The notes beneath the pieces are model-generated. The model saw nothing but the letters and a program-made list of their open reading frames with translations. It was not told the DNA's origin and searched no databases. This document shows positions 47,009-57,579 of a DNA stretch of 64,000 bases, piece after piece. Position numbers and translations under genes: made by a program. Origin of the DNA: Amphiscolops sp. MND2022 (taxonomy: Eukaryota). The first letter of the stretch is position 1; the number at the start of each line of letters is the position of its first letter. The stretch covers positions 47,184,001-47,248,000 of the forward strand of contig OZ076413.1 in assembly GCA_964187785.1 (NCBI GenBank), in the 5' to 3' direction.

Positions 47009-48937
47009 CTAAGGGTTTGTTGAAACGAACGTTTCGAAAAGTTTAATATTGTAAAGGCCTACATTTACAAAACCTCGTAAAAGAGCCCCAAAGGTCCCTT
47101 TGGAAACACCACTGCCTGGTACTCTGTCTGTAATTTTTTTTTCGTAAATGCTAATTAAACCTAACAAACAATTTGAATTTGCTGTATCAGCCAAGCTTTT
47201 AGTCGAGTATTTTGTTCGTACACTAGTTTCATTACATTATAATGTTGACACCGTACTGTTTATTACGATGTTAAATGCATGTCGAACATCGTTTCAAACG
47301 CAATTCAATTTTATTTCTGCTTTGATCGTTGAGAGACATAGATGAAGCAGCCACCGTCGATTTTTAAAAGATCATTTCCTGCTTTTCATTAAATTTTTAT
47401 AAGTGCCATTTTTGATTTCAAAATTTCGAACTTCTACAGATTGAGTCTACCACCATATTTCTCATCATAAAAACTGTCTTTAATAATTTGTTGTTACTAT
47501 TGATGGAAAATTAACAACGGTTTCTGTTTGAATGCAATTTGGGCTTCATTAGGAATCAGGATCTCTGAAGTGGAAATAATTAGGCTCACCTCATTTTGGG
47601 TGCTGAAAAACAAAAACAAAGCTGACGACTGTTTTTTCTTCACGCCTTACACAAGGGGAGGGTGTATTTACTTAGTGTCAGGGTAATGACTGTTGAGGAA
47701 AAAAAGGTGGAAGAAACACATGGTGCTCTTGTTGCCTTTGGCCGATGGCAGAATTACCTGGTTTACTTGGTTAGTTGCTTCACACTCACTGATGCATCGA
47801 TGATGCAGGCATGCTGCAGGGATGTTACGAGGACATTGGGGGTATTGCGTGATTCCCTCGAGGTATCAAGGTTAGAAGAAGCAAATTAGAATTCTGCACA
47901 ATTGCTTCTTGTGTCACCCGTCGTTCAATAAACCTGTCCCGTTCCCCTTTCCCGCCAATAACAATCCCTCTAACCGTTTCTTCTCCCTTCTCTACTCTCT
48001 CCCATTTCTCTCCCTTCTCCAGAATCTCTCTCCTTCTTGGGAGGATTATTGCATAATGTCTCTGCATTCTTGCGTAATGTCTTTGCAATTGCAAATCCAC
48101 AAAACTCAATTGCGTAATTCTGCCGGATTTGTGAGGTAAGCTCTCTGCATTACTGAATTATATTGATTGACTTGTCTACAAATTGGCAATCATTTATTAG
48201 AAGTAGACTTGATCAATTGGCAGATTCCTTCACAAGTGTTTTGAAAGGTTGGCTTATACAACGTATTCTATTTCTATATCTCGAGAAAGTTTACGAATAA
48301 TATTTCTAAAACCTATAACTTGAATTTAATCAAAAAACAAAAAGTTTTTTCATCAATTTTGTTTGTGTAAATAGACAAATTAATATGCAAAAAGTTTTCT
48401 GCACAATTAGAAAATTTAAAAATAGCTTCACAGTAACAAGAACGGTTTCGATGTAAACATCATCATATTATCTGAAAAACAGTTTATACAGCTTCTTCGA
48501 ATTGTTCCAAATATATATACCCATTAATAAAATTATAAAATAATATACCCCTAAAGAATGAAGCTAACATAAAATAGAAATAGACGACGGTAAAAACCAT
48601 ACAATACAAATCTCAATATCTCAAATTTGTTTGATTGTTGAATATAGCTGAGGTTAAGTTTTTAATTACATTAAAACGCTTATGACAATCTGATTCCTTC
48701 CTCTGATAAAAATATGCCTCAATGATTTGTCTGACATCCAAAATTCGATGGAGTAGAAACTATCTTACGAGATGACATTTATTTGGTGACATCGAAAAAT
48801 GTGAAGTGTTAGTCTCGCGATAATGTAATCATTGTGATTACATGAAGACTTTCATCTATAGAATCAAAGACGGATGATTTTTTCAGAAAAGTCTAAACAC
48901 CCTTTTTTGTGTTCATAGAAATGCAATAGCCATCAGT

Positions 48938-49435
48938 TTTTAGTCGGCGCATTTTAGAAGAAAATGAGCCCGACTATTACAGTGGCAAGTTTTTTTTTCT
49001 TTTTTTTCGTCAGACCACAGAATGTATGCGTAGTGGACACTTTTTACAGAACTACTAAAAGTACTGCACCGGCAAGCGGAATCATATCTGAGTTACTGCA
49101 AAGGGTCCCCCCTTTCGTGTACTCAATTTTTAACGTAAGATACAAAACCGGACGGAACTACAGGGTCCCCCCTTTGAATTTTTTTCGGCACTGTGCGACT
49201 TTTTTTTCGAAATTTTTTTAATGTCCCCAAAGGGTCCCCCCTTGGAGTTTTTTGTTATTTTGCAACAGAATGTGTGTTTATAAATCAAAAGGGTCCCCCT
49301 TTTACATTTTTCGGCACTACGCGACATTTTCCGAAAGAAAAATTTTTTTCGAAAATTTCAAGTTTTTTCCAAAAAAATGTTTTGCGCTTTTTGAGACTTA
49401 GATATAGCGCCGACTTGAGACGTTCCCGTCTTGTT
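48938..49435 (+). mobile_element. HINE/DINE-1-like element
   Basis: T-run, subTIR AGTCGGCGC, partial IR GCCCGACT, internal AGGGTCCCC repeats, 3' GCGCCGACT, stem-loop GACGTTCCCGTC, then TTGTT. Confidence 0.75.
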
Positions 49436-50029
49436 CTATTGAACTTTTTTCCAAGGAACTGTTGAATAAGCGTGCTGAATCGAACAGTTAAAGAAGATGT
49501 TCAAGCGTGCTGAATTTGTCTTTGATATCATGACTTGTGGTTTTCGAACAACGACGTGAAACAATTCCAATAACCAACAGAAAAACTAAAAATAGGAAAA
49601 TGTAACTCCTAGTGTTCATTACATGATGTTTCGATTGATATGTTATGCAATAATTTTGGCAAATGAATGATAAAGTCCCACGATTGATATTCGACAATTT
49701 TTTCCATTTTCCTTATGGGAAAGGAAAATGATTACTCAGCCGCGTTTTCTTCCTGCAAATTTTGCCATGCTCCAAGATAATACCCAAATTCCACAGAATT
49801 CAACTAACATAAAATTAGTTTCGTTTCGTGTGAGATGTATTTTTAGAGATTTTTCCCAAAGGTCGGAAATTCCTAATTTTTTCCCACATTTTTTATGCAA
49901 TTTTTGTAATGTTTTTGAAATTAAATCTGATAAGGATCGCGCGTACTGAAACCGAGATATGGTGTAGGGAGAGATGTAACTTTTTGCCCTTAGTACATGG
50001 AGGGCGTGTAAGTGGAAAGAGTTAGGGTG

Positions 50030-50686
50030 TCAGTGCGCTGCAAGCTGCAGAGCCTCCTTACAGTGTCGATAACGGTCCTATAAAACAAATTGGGAAAACA
50101 TTGGTAAATGGAGGGTAATTTATAAATTAGGACAATGTACCTCAAATTTTATTGATCGTCGAAAATTATATGGTTTGATGGTAAGAAGCCTGAGGAATTT
50201 TCAGATTTATAACAGCCCTCCCTCGTGAATTATAGCTATAGCATCTGATGGATGACTCTACTGTTGACGGAGTCTCGCTCTGCAGCCTCTGAGACCAAGG
50301 ACGGAACTACGTAGAAGGACAAAACTTATCTTGGTTCTAATGTAGCTTACCGCGCCGGCGTAGTTCTCTGGCCCTTTTTCGTTGATTTTTGCTGCTAGTC
50401 GGGTAATTACTTTTGTGACTGATGGTCCAGCGCCACCTGTACATGCAAAGATGAGGGGTTTAAAGGTGTTTTTCTTCCACATTCATGTTTCTGAACTCGT
50501 ATTTGAGTTTCTTTTGAGATTCATTGAATTTATAGGCTTTGTTGACATTTTTGGGACATGTTCTAGCGAGCGGGTTGAAATTCTTGACGTCCAAAAAAAA
50601 GTTGTACAGAGTCCCAAGTCCGTTTCCTTCAATGTCTATTCTCGCCTCAACTCTAGTTGTCGTGGTTTTATGAACGAAAGACTCAC
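50030..50686 (-). mobile_element. CRE-clade non-LTR retrotransposon, 3' part (restriction-like endonuclease and 3' UTR), degraded
   Basis: EARIDI...FLDVKNFNP...ESQKKLKYE...FKPLIFACTGGAGP...ISFVLLRSSVLGLRGCR; joins 57580 across the LTR insertion. Confidence 0.85.
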
Positions 50687-51624
50687 TGTAGGCGCCAGTC
50701 AATTGCGAGATTAGAAACTCAAATTCAAACGTGACTGATGAAACTTATAACTCAAAACACTTAGAAACTTTATCAAGATTTAGTTGGAAAATTACAGTAA
50801 TAGGGGATGTAAAAAACACCACCCCCCCCCGTCCCGACGAACCACTCATTCAATCACCTCGAAACGTGGCACAAGTATAGTAGTGGTGCTACCCTAACTT
50901 TCACTCATAACAAGCTACCCCGTATCTCCCCTGGGTTCAGAGCAATTAACACCCAAAGTGACCTAGGTCGGACCCCATGAAAACCCAATTTTGATGTATT
51001 AATTATTATAAGATTTTCTCATTTGACCTTGAAGGAAATGTAACTCTGTTGCAATTAATGATATTTACATTGTGTAAACATACTTTCTAACCCACCTAAC
51101 CGACATGCCAAAACCACCACATAGTTTGTTTACATAGCCAACAACTTCATTTTATGCTTTGAATGTCATTTATTTATACCGCATATTTCAACTGATATTT
51201 GCTTATATTTACTGTAGAATTGTAAACCACATTTATATCATTATTAGATAGAGATTTTCTCCACTGAATAGCCATAGTCAAGTTGGGTCTTAGGACCAAG
51301 AGACTAATTAATCAACTTCTCAATCTTCACAACTTTTCGATAGAGTTAGAGCGACTAAAGAGCTACTCTCATAGTTGGAGAGCCAGAGCGCGTGAAGATA
51401 CAGTGAGGGAAGTGTGTGCAGGATCACATCGGATCCAATTCAGTGCAAAGAGGAATCGCAGGAGATTCCACGGGTCACATCGGACCCATCAAGCCAAAAG
51501 ATACAGTCCTTTAAAACAAGAAACCAGGATTTGTTTAGTGACGGTCCACAGCACTAAGCAACGGATCAGGGCGGCGTAAAGCTTGTCAAGCCTCAGCGCA
51601 GGATAAGGGCAAGCAGCCGTTACA
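50687..51624 (+). repeat. 5' LTR (938 bp)
   Basis: Direct repeat of 56637-57579 with about 16 substitutions plus a few indels, counted by eye. Confidence 0.95.
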
Positions 51625-51747
51625 TTAGGTCCGCCGACCCGGACAACTCGTTGGTGGACGACCCGGACTAGAAGAAGACGACTCGTTGGTGGACAACTGA
51701 GAAGATTGCCCAAGAAAAACAAGTGTCTGGATCTTGGAGTCTGATTT

Positions 51748-52012
51748 TGTGTCTCTGGGAGATTGGGCTACTGTGTCTCTGGGAGATTGGGCTACTGTGT
51801 CTCTGGGAGATTGGGCTACTGTGTCTCTGGGAGATTGGGCTACTGTGTCTCTGGGAGATTGGGCTACTGTGTCTCTGGGAGATTGGGCTATTGTGACTCT
51901 GGAGTTTTGAGCTAATTGTGTCTCTGGGAGATTGGGCTACTGTGTCTCCTCTGGAGTTTGGGCTATAGTGACTCTGGAGTTGGGACAATTGTGTACTCTG
52001 GGAGTCGGGCTT
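51748..52012. repeat. 24-bp tandem repeat in the LTR-element 5' leader
   Basis: TGTGTCTCTGGGAGATTGGGCTAC six times, near-perfect, then degenerate units. Confidence 0.92.
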
Positions 52013-52374
52013 TATCAACACTCTGAAAATATTTGTGCATCAATTCTAATTTGGGACGAATTGTGTTCTTTGGAACGTATTCCTGATTGAAGCAAAGATC
52101 TGGTCTAAGACGTCATTGCAAGTATATCCACCAAGTAAAGAAAAAGCATCAAGTCAGAGGGACAAGATCCACCGAGACAATCAAGTTCGTCAAAGAAGGC
52201 AAGTATAATCGACAGTATTGGGTTGATTCTTCAAGAATTGGCGATTGATTACCGGATTGAGCAGTTGGCACTTTGTATCTGAGAAATTGCAGAGCTGGGA
52301 AAATTGACAAAGATTACAAGAAACAATTGTGAAGTTCGAAAGCCCTCAGTGGAACAAAAGAGTCAAATGAGCAA

Positions 52375-54130
52375 ATGAAAGCCAAAAAGAAAGAAAGGCA
52401 AGTGATGCAGCACCCTCGAATGACAAATGTGTTTGAAGAAAGAAACACAAAGCAGAGTCAACAACTGATGGAACTCAGACCAAAAGATTTGGAGAATGCG
52501 TCAGATTGGTACGCATGGAGCCTCTATTGGGATAGCGTTCCCATACATGTAGAAAAGCTCCATACATTGGTAAAAGACTTGGATGACAAGCTCGATGAGG
52601 AAGAAGCTGTTGTATCCAAAAGCAACTTGATTGATCGGGTAGTTGAATACCGCGAGAGAAGGCAAGCGTTGCTGTTCTGTGTAGACTTTATGTTGAGTCT
52701 TACAAATAAAAAAAACGCAAAGACAGCTCAGTCGAAGTGTGACTGAATGGGAAGAATGCTTTGCGAAACTGGAATCGAGTTGGGGATATTGGTTCCCCGA
52801 TGTGCAGCAAATGTTAAAGTGTCCAATTGATAGAATAAAAGAGTTAAAACTGAGTCAGATGACAAATGGAACATCTGCAGACGCAGCTATGAGATGCCCT
52901 CGCACAAGAAAGTTGAGGCAAAGACGTGTAGATCAGGCAAAACCTAATTGTGTAAAGAAAACAGCTAGTGAAAAGGAATCACTGACACGGTCAAGAAGGA
53001 CCAATGACCAAGAAAATTGCTGTGTTATGAGAGACAGCATATCAGAATTGGAAAACTCAGTCAACGATGTGACATCACTACTCGAAGAAAACAGTAAGGT
53101 GTCTGGCATAACAATCCAGATGGACAACAGAACCACAGTTAACACGAAGTGGTCTGATGGAGATCGACTGGGTCCTCTAGCATTAGAGAAAGTGGAAGAT
53201 CAGAAATCGGATGAATTCCAAGGCCAAGGAAGCGAGACTGGACAATTGGAAATAGAGGAACTGGGCAAACATCCACAACTGGTTGAAACCAGAAGCAACA
53301 GAAGCTCAGTGATATCGAAAACTTCAAGTGCTAGACGAGTTCTTTATTTGAAAGTAAAAGCTCAGAAAGAGCAAGAAGAACTGCAAACCCGACTCGAGAA
53401 ACTAAAGCACGAAGCAATACAAATAGAAATAGCTGACTTGCATGAACAGCTTGCCCGCAAAGCCAGAATAGCTGAAAAGGAAAGAGAAGTAGCGGAAGTG
53501 TCGAGCAGTCAGGGGACTAGCTTCCCAAGTGTCTCATCAGTCGACAGTTTCACGGAAGACTCAAGATGCATGGATGAGACAAAAACAGTCGAAGACGAGG
53601 CTACGTCCAATATTGCACTATCAGTTCATTCGAAATCAGAGAATGCAGTGAAATTAGTTCACGAAGGAAAGTTCTCCGCGCTTAGGAGAGACTCAAAACC
53701 TCCCACAGAAGCCGATGAGCAAGCTGATCCGAAAGACAGAACCAATGCTGATAACGGAACATGCAGACAATTAGCAACAACACAACCAGACGTGAAAGTT
53801 GCAAACAAAGGAACCTCGAAGTTCCTCACAGCGAAATGCATACAGAACTGGTCAAAAACATTCATTGTAGACAACAGTCGGCAAGACGTCCGTTCAGAAA
53901 CCCTCCTCATGAATACCAAACAGGTTTTGGAAGAAAAGGTTCACATGTTCTTGAGTGAGCAATCAATAGTGCAAACAGAGGAGATCTTGAAGTACACATT
54001 GAGGGAAACAAGGAAAGAGCACAGAAGCTCAGCATTCGCATCAAGCAAACAATCTTCGGAAGAATTGAATGTGAAATTGGAGTTGGTGCAAGAGAGTGCA
54101 GAAGTTTTCACCGTACAACAGGACATATAG
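52375..54130 (+). pseudogene. Gag-N-like coiled-coil ORF, copy 1 (+1 frameshift in the A-run near 52710)
   Basis: ORFs 52375-52746 and 52739-54130 join into the frame seen intact in copy 2. SSVISKTSSARR followed by a coiled coil resembles BEL/Pao Gag N-terminal regions. Confidence 0.7.
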
Positions 54131-54252
54131 CAAGGGAAAATATTCGAAGGGACGATGTTTCATGACAGTACTCTACTTCTTGAAGAAGGAAACAAATGTT
54201 TTGAATTCGACAAAAGCTCGATGAGGAAGAAGCTGTTGTATCCAAAAGCAAC

Positions 54253-55755
54253 TTGATTGATCGGGTAGTTGAATACCGCGAGAGAAGGCAAGCGTTGCTG
54301 TTCTGTGTAGACTTTATGTTGAGTCTTACAAATGAAAAAACGCAAAGACAGCTCAGTCGAAGTGTGACTGAATGGGAAGAATGCTTTGCGAAACTGGAAT
54401 CGAGTTGGGGATATTGGTTCCCCGATGTGCAGCAAATGTTAAAGTGTCCAATTGATAGAATAAAAGAGTTAAAACTGAGTCAGCTGACAAATGGAACATC
54501 TGCAGACGCAGCTATGAGATGCCCTCGCACAAGAAAGTTGAGGCAAAGACGTGTAGATCAGGCAAAACCTAATTGTGTAAAGAAAACAGCTAGTGAAAAG
54601 GAATCACTGACACGGTCAAGAAGGACCAATGACCAAGAAAATTGCTGTGTTATGAGAGACAGCATATCAGAATTGGAAAACTCAGTCAACGATGTGACAT
54701 CACTACTCGAAGAAAACAGTAAGGTGTCTGGCATAACAATCCAGATGGACAACAGAACCACAGTTAACACGAAGTGGTCTGATGGAGATCGACTGGGTCC
54801 TCTAGCATTAGAGAAAGTGGAAGATCAGAAATCGGATGAATTCCAAGGCCAAGGAAGCGAGACTGGACAATTGGAAATAGAGGAACTGGGCAAACATCCA
54901 CAACTGGTTGAAACCAGAAGCAACAGAAGCTCAGTGATATCGAAAACTTCAAGTGCTAGACGAGTTCTCTATTTGAAAGTAAAAGCTCAGAAAGAGCAAG
55001 AAGAACTGCAAACCCGACTCGAGAAACTAAAGCACGAAGCAATACAAATAGAAATAGCTGACTTGAATGAACAGCTTGCCCGCAAAGCCAGAATAGCTGA
55101 AAAGGAAAGAGAAGTAGCGGAAGTGTCGAGCAGTCAGGGGACTAGCTTCCCAAGTGTCTCATCAGTCGACAGTTTCACGGAAGACTCAAGATGCATGGAT
55201 GAGACAAAAACAGTCGAAGACGAGGCTACGTCCAATATTGCACTATCAGTTCATTCGAAATCAGAGAATGCAGTGAAATTAGTTCACGAAGGAAAGTTCT
55301 CCGCGCTTAGGAGAGACTCAAAACCTCCCACAGAAGCCGATGAGCAAGCTGATCCGAAAGACAGAACCAATGCTGATAACGGAACATGCAGACAATTAGC
55401 AACAACACAACCAGACGTGAAAGTTGCAAACAAAGGAACCTCGAAGTTCCTCACAGCGAAATGCATACAGAACTGGTCAAAAACATTCATTGTAGACAAC
55501 AGTCGGCAAGACGTCCGTTCAGAAACCCTCCTCATGAATACCAAACAGGTTTTGGAAGAAAAGGTTCACATGTTCAGGAGTGAGCAATCAATAGTGCAAA
55601 CAGAGGAGATCTTGAAGTACACATTGAGGGAAACAAGGAAAGAGCACAGAAGCTCAGCATTCGCATCAAGCAAACAATCTTCGGAAGAATTGAATGTGAA
55701 ATTGGAGTTGGTGCAAGAGAGTGCAGAAGTTTTCACCGTACAACAGGACATATAG
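54253..55755 (+). CDS. Gag-N-like coiled-coil ORF, copy 2 (tandem duplicate, lacks its own original start)
   Basis: Near-identical to 52588-54213; open for 500 codons; ends in a TAG that is in frame with the next ORF. Confidence 0.6.
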   Translation: MIDRVVEYRERRQALLFCVDFMLSLTNEKTQRQLSRSVTEWEECFAKLESSWGYWFPDVQQMLKCPIDRIKELKLSQLTNGTSADAAMRCPRTRKLRQRRVDQAKPNCVKKTASEKESLTRSRRTNDQENCCVMRDSISELENSVNDVTSLLEENSKVSGITIQMDNRTTVNTKWSDGDRLGPLALEKVEDQKSDEFQGQGSETGQLEIEELGKHPQLVETRSNRSSVISKTSSARRVLYLKVKAQKEQEELQTRLEKLKHEAIQIEIADLNEQLARKARIAEKEREVAEVSSSQGTSFPSVSSVDSFTEDSRCMDETKTVEDEATSNIALSVHSKSENAVKLVHEGKFSALRRDSKPPTEADEQADPKDRTNADNGTCRQLATTQPDVKVANKGTSKFLTAKCIQNWSKTFIVDNSRQDVRSETLLMNTKQVLEEKVHMFRSEQSIVQTEEILKYTLRETRKEHRSSAFASSKQSSEELNVKLELVQESAEVFTVQQDI

Positions 55756-55779
55756 CAAGGGAAAATATTCGAAGGGACG

Positions 55780-56685
55780 ATGTTTCATGACAGTACTCTA
55801 CTTCTTGAAGAAGGAAACAAATGTTTTGAATTCGACAAAAGTTATGGATTTGTGCATGAGCAACAATTTGCACTGCTTGGTGATTGTAATGAAGAAGCAA
55901 TGTATCGAAAGCTATGCCATGTTGCAGCGAAACATGACAAACCCGTTGAATGCATTGGCAAAGGTGAAACACGTACCATGATTGCAACCTTTGGAAAGAA
56001 ATTTGATTTTGACTTCAAAGTAAGCCTTGTAGAAGAAACTATCCCGAGTAATAACGATGTGTGGAACCCTCGGATTGGTAATGGAAACTCTGGGATGGAC
56101 GCGGTGGCACAGGCTAACGGCATGGATAAAACTCAATTGAGCACAAGCCACCGCAAGCGACCGAAGAAACAAGCTTGGAAGTTTGAACACACCTCAAACA
56201 TATTACATGGAATGGTCGAAAGTGTTCAATTGACAACTGGCATCCTATATGCAAAGATCGTGATAGATGAAATATCGCTAATGGAAACGCAATTGGGTTC
56301 TTCAAAAGCGCAAACAACAACAAATTCGGAAAATGGGCCTTTCATAGGGCCGGCTGTATCATGGGAAGAAATGATGATGCAACTTCAATTCTTTGGAAAA
56401 TGGAATAAAGAAGAAATTAGACAACTTGAAGTCAATGATTTGGTTTGGATAGTGGATGAAAATGTAAAAAGAGCACACTACAAGATGGGTAGAGTGTTGG
56501 AAGCCTATCATGGAAGCGATGGGCGAGTGAGATCAGCGCTGGTGAAAACTGAAGACGGAAAGCTCAAAAGACCAGTAGTGAAACTGGCACCCATGTTCTA
56601 CGAAAGTGTTTTTCAGGAGAAAAACAGGGCCGGCAATGTAGGCGCCAGATTGCGAGATCAGAAACTCAAATTCAAACGTGACTGA
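55780..56685 (+). CDS. ORF ending in a BEL/Pao integrase C-terminal (DUF5641-like) domain, running into the 3' LTR
   Basis: KWNKEEIRQLEVNDLVWIVDENVKRAHYKMGRVLEAYHGSDGRVRSALVKTEDGKLKRPVVKLAP aligns with the Pol tail of the element at 11284. Confidence 0.8.
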   Translation: MFHDSTLLLEEGNKCFEFDKSYGFVHEQQFALLGDCNEEAMYRKLCHVAAKHDKPVECIGKGETRTMIATFGKKFDFDFKVSLVEETIPSNNDVWNPRIGNGNSGMDAVAQANGMDKTQLSTSHRKRPKKQAWKFEHTSNILHGMVESVQLTTGILYAKIVIDEISLMETQLGSSKAQTTTNSENGPFIGPAVSWEEMMMQLQFFGKWNKEEIRQLEVNDLVWIVDENVKRAHYKMGRVLEAYHGSDGRVRSALVKTEDGKLKRPVVKLAPMFYESVFQEKNRAGNVGARLRDQKLKFKRD

Positions 56686-57579
56686 TGAAACTTATAACTC
56701 AAAACACTTAGAAACTTTATCAAGATTTAGTTGGAAAATTACAAGTTTCACCAGTAATAGGGGATGTAAAAAAACACCACCCCCCGTCCCGACGAACCAC
56801 TCATTCAATTACCTCGAAACGTGGCACAAGTATTGTAGTGGTGCTACCCTAACTTTCACTCATTACAAGCTACCCCGTATCTCCCCTGGGTTCAGAGCAA
56901 TTAACACCCAAAGTGACCTAGGTCGGACCCCATGAAAACCCAATTTTGATGTAATAATTATTATAAGAGTTTCTCATTTGACCTTGAAGGAAATGTAACT
57001 CTGTTGCAATTAATGATATTTACATTGTGTAAGCATACTTTCTAACCCACCTAACCAACATGCCAAAACCACCACATAGTTTGTTTACATAGCAAACAAC
57101 TTCATTTTATGCTTTGAATGTCATTTATTTATACCGCATATTTCAACTGATATTTGCTTATATTTACTGTAGAATTGTAAACCACATTTATATCATTATT
57201 AGATAGAGATTTTCTCCACTGAATAGCTATAGTCAAGTTGGGTCTTAGGACCAAGAGACTAATTAATCAACTTCTCAATCTTCACAACTTTTCGCTAGAG
57301 TTAGAGCGACTAAGTAGCTACTCTCATAGTTGGAGAGCCGGAGCGCGTGAAGATACAGTGAGGGAAGTGTGTGCAGGATCACATCGGATCCAATTCAGTG
57401 CAAAGAGGAATCGCAGGAGATTCCACGGGTCACATCGGACCCATCAAGCCAAAAGATACAGTCCTTTAAAACAAGAAACCAGGATTTGTTTAGTGACGGT
57501 CCACAGCACTAAGCAACGAATCAGGGCGGCGTAAAGCTTGTCAAACCTCAGCGCAGGATAAGGGCAAGCAGCCGTTACA
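56637..57579 (+). repeat. 3' LTR (943 bp)
   Basis: Direct repeat of 50687-51624. Confidence 0.95.

Larger units (their letters stand above)
50687..57579 (+). mobile_element. Non-autonomous BEL/Pao-derived LTR retrotransposon nested in the CRE element
   Basis: LTRs 50687-51624 and 56637-57579 (TGTA...TACA); 5-bp TSD CTCAC at 50682-50686 and 57580-57584; degenerate tRNA-Tyr-like PBS (TAGGTCCGCCGACCCGGA); purine-rich tract before the 3' LTR. No RT, RNase H or integrase core motifs. Confidence 0.93.

Noticed and set aside
47662..48139. Overlapping ORFs around a CT-rich tract
   Set aside because: Low-complexity composition explains the open frames; no homology recognised.
51283..51579. 98-aa ORF in both LTRs (also 57238-57534)
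   Set aside because: Non-ATG start, no recognisable motifs, and duplicated only because it lies in the LTR.
51668..52021. 117-aa ORF with SSPISQRH repeats
   Set aside because: Antisense translation of the 24-bp tandem repeat.
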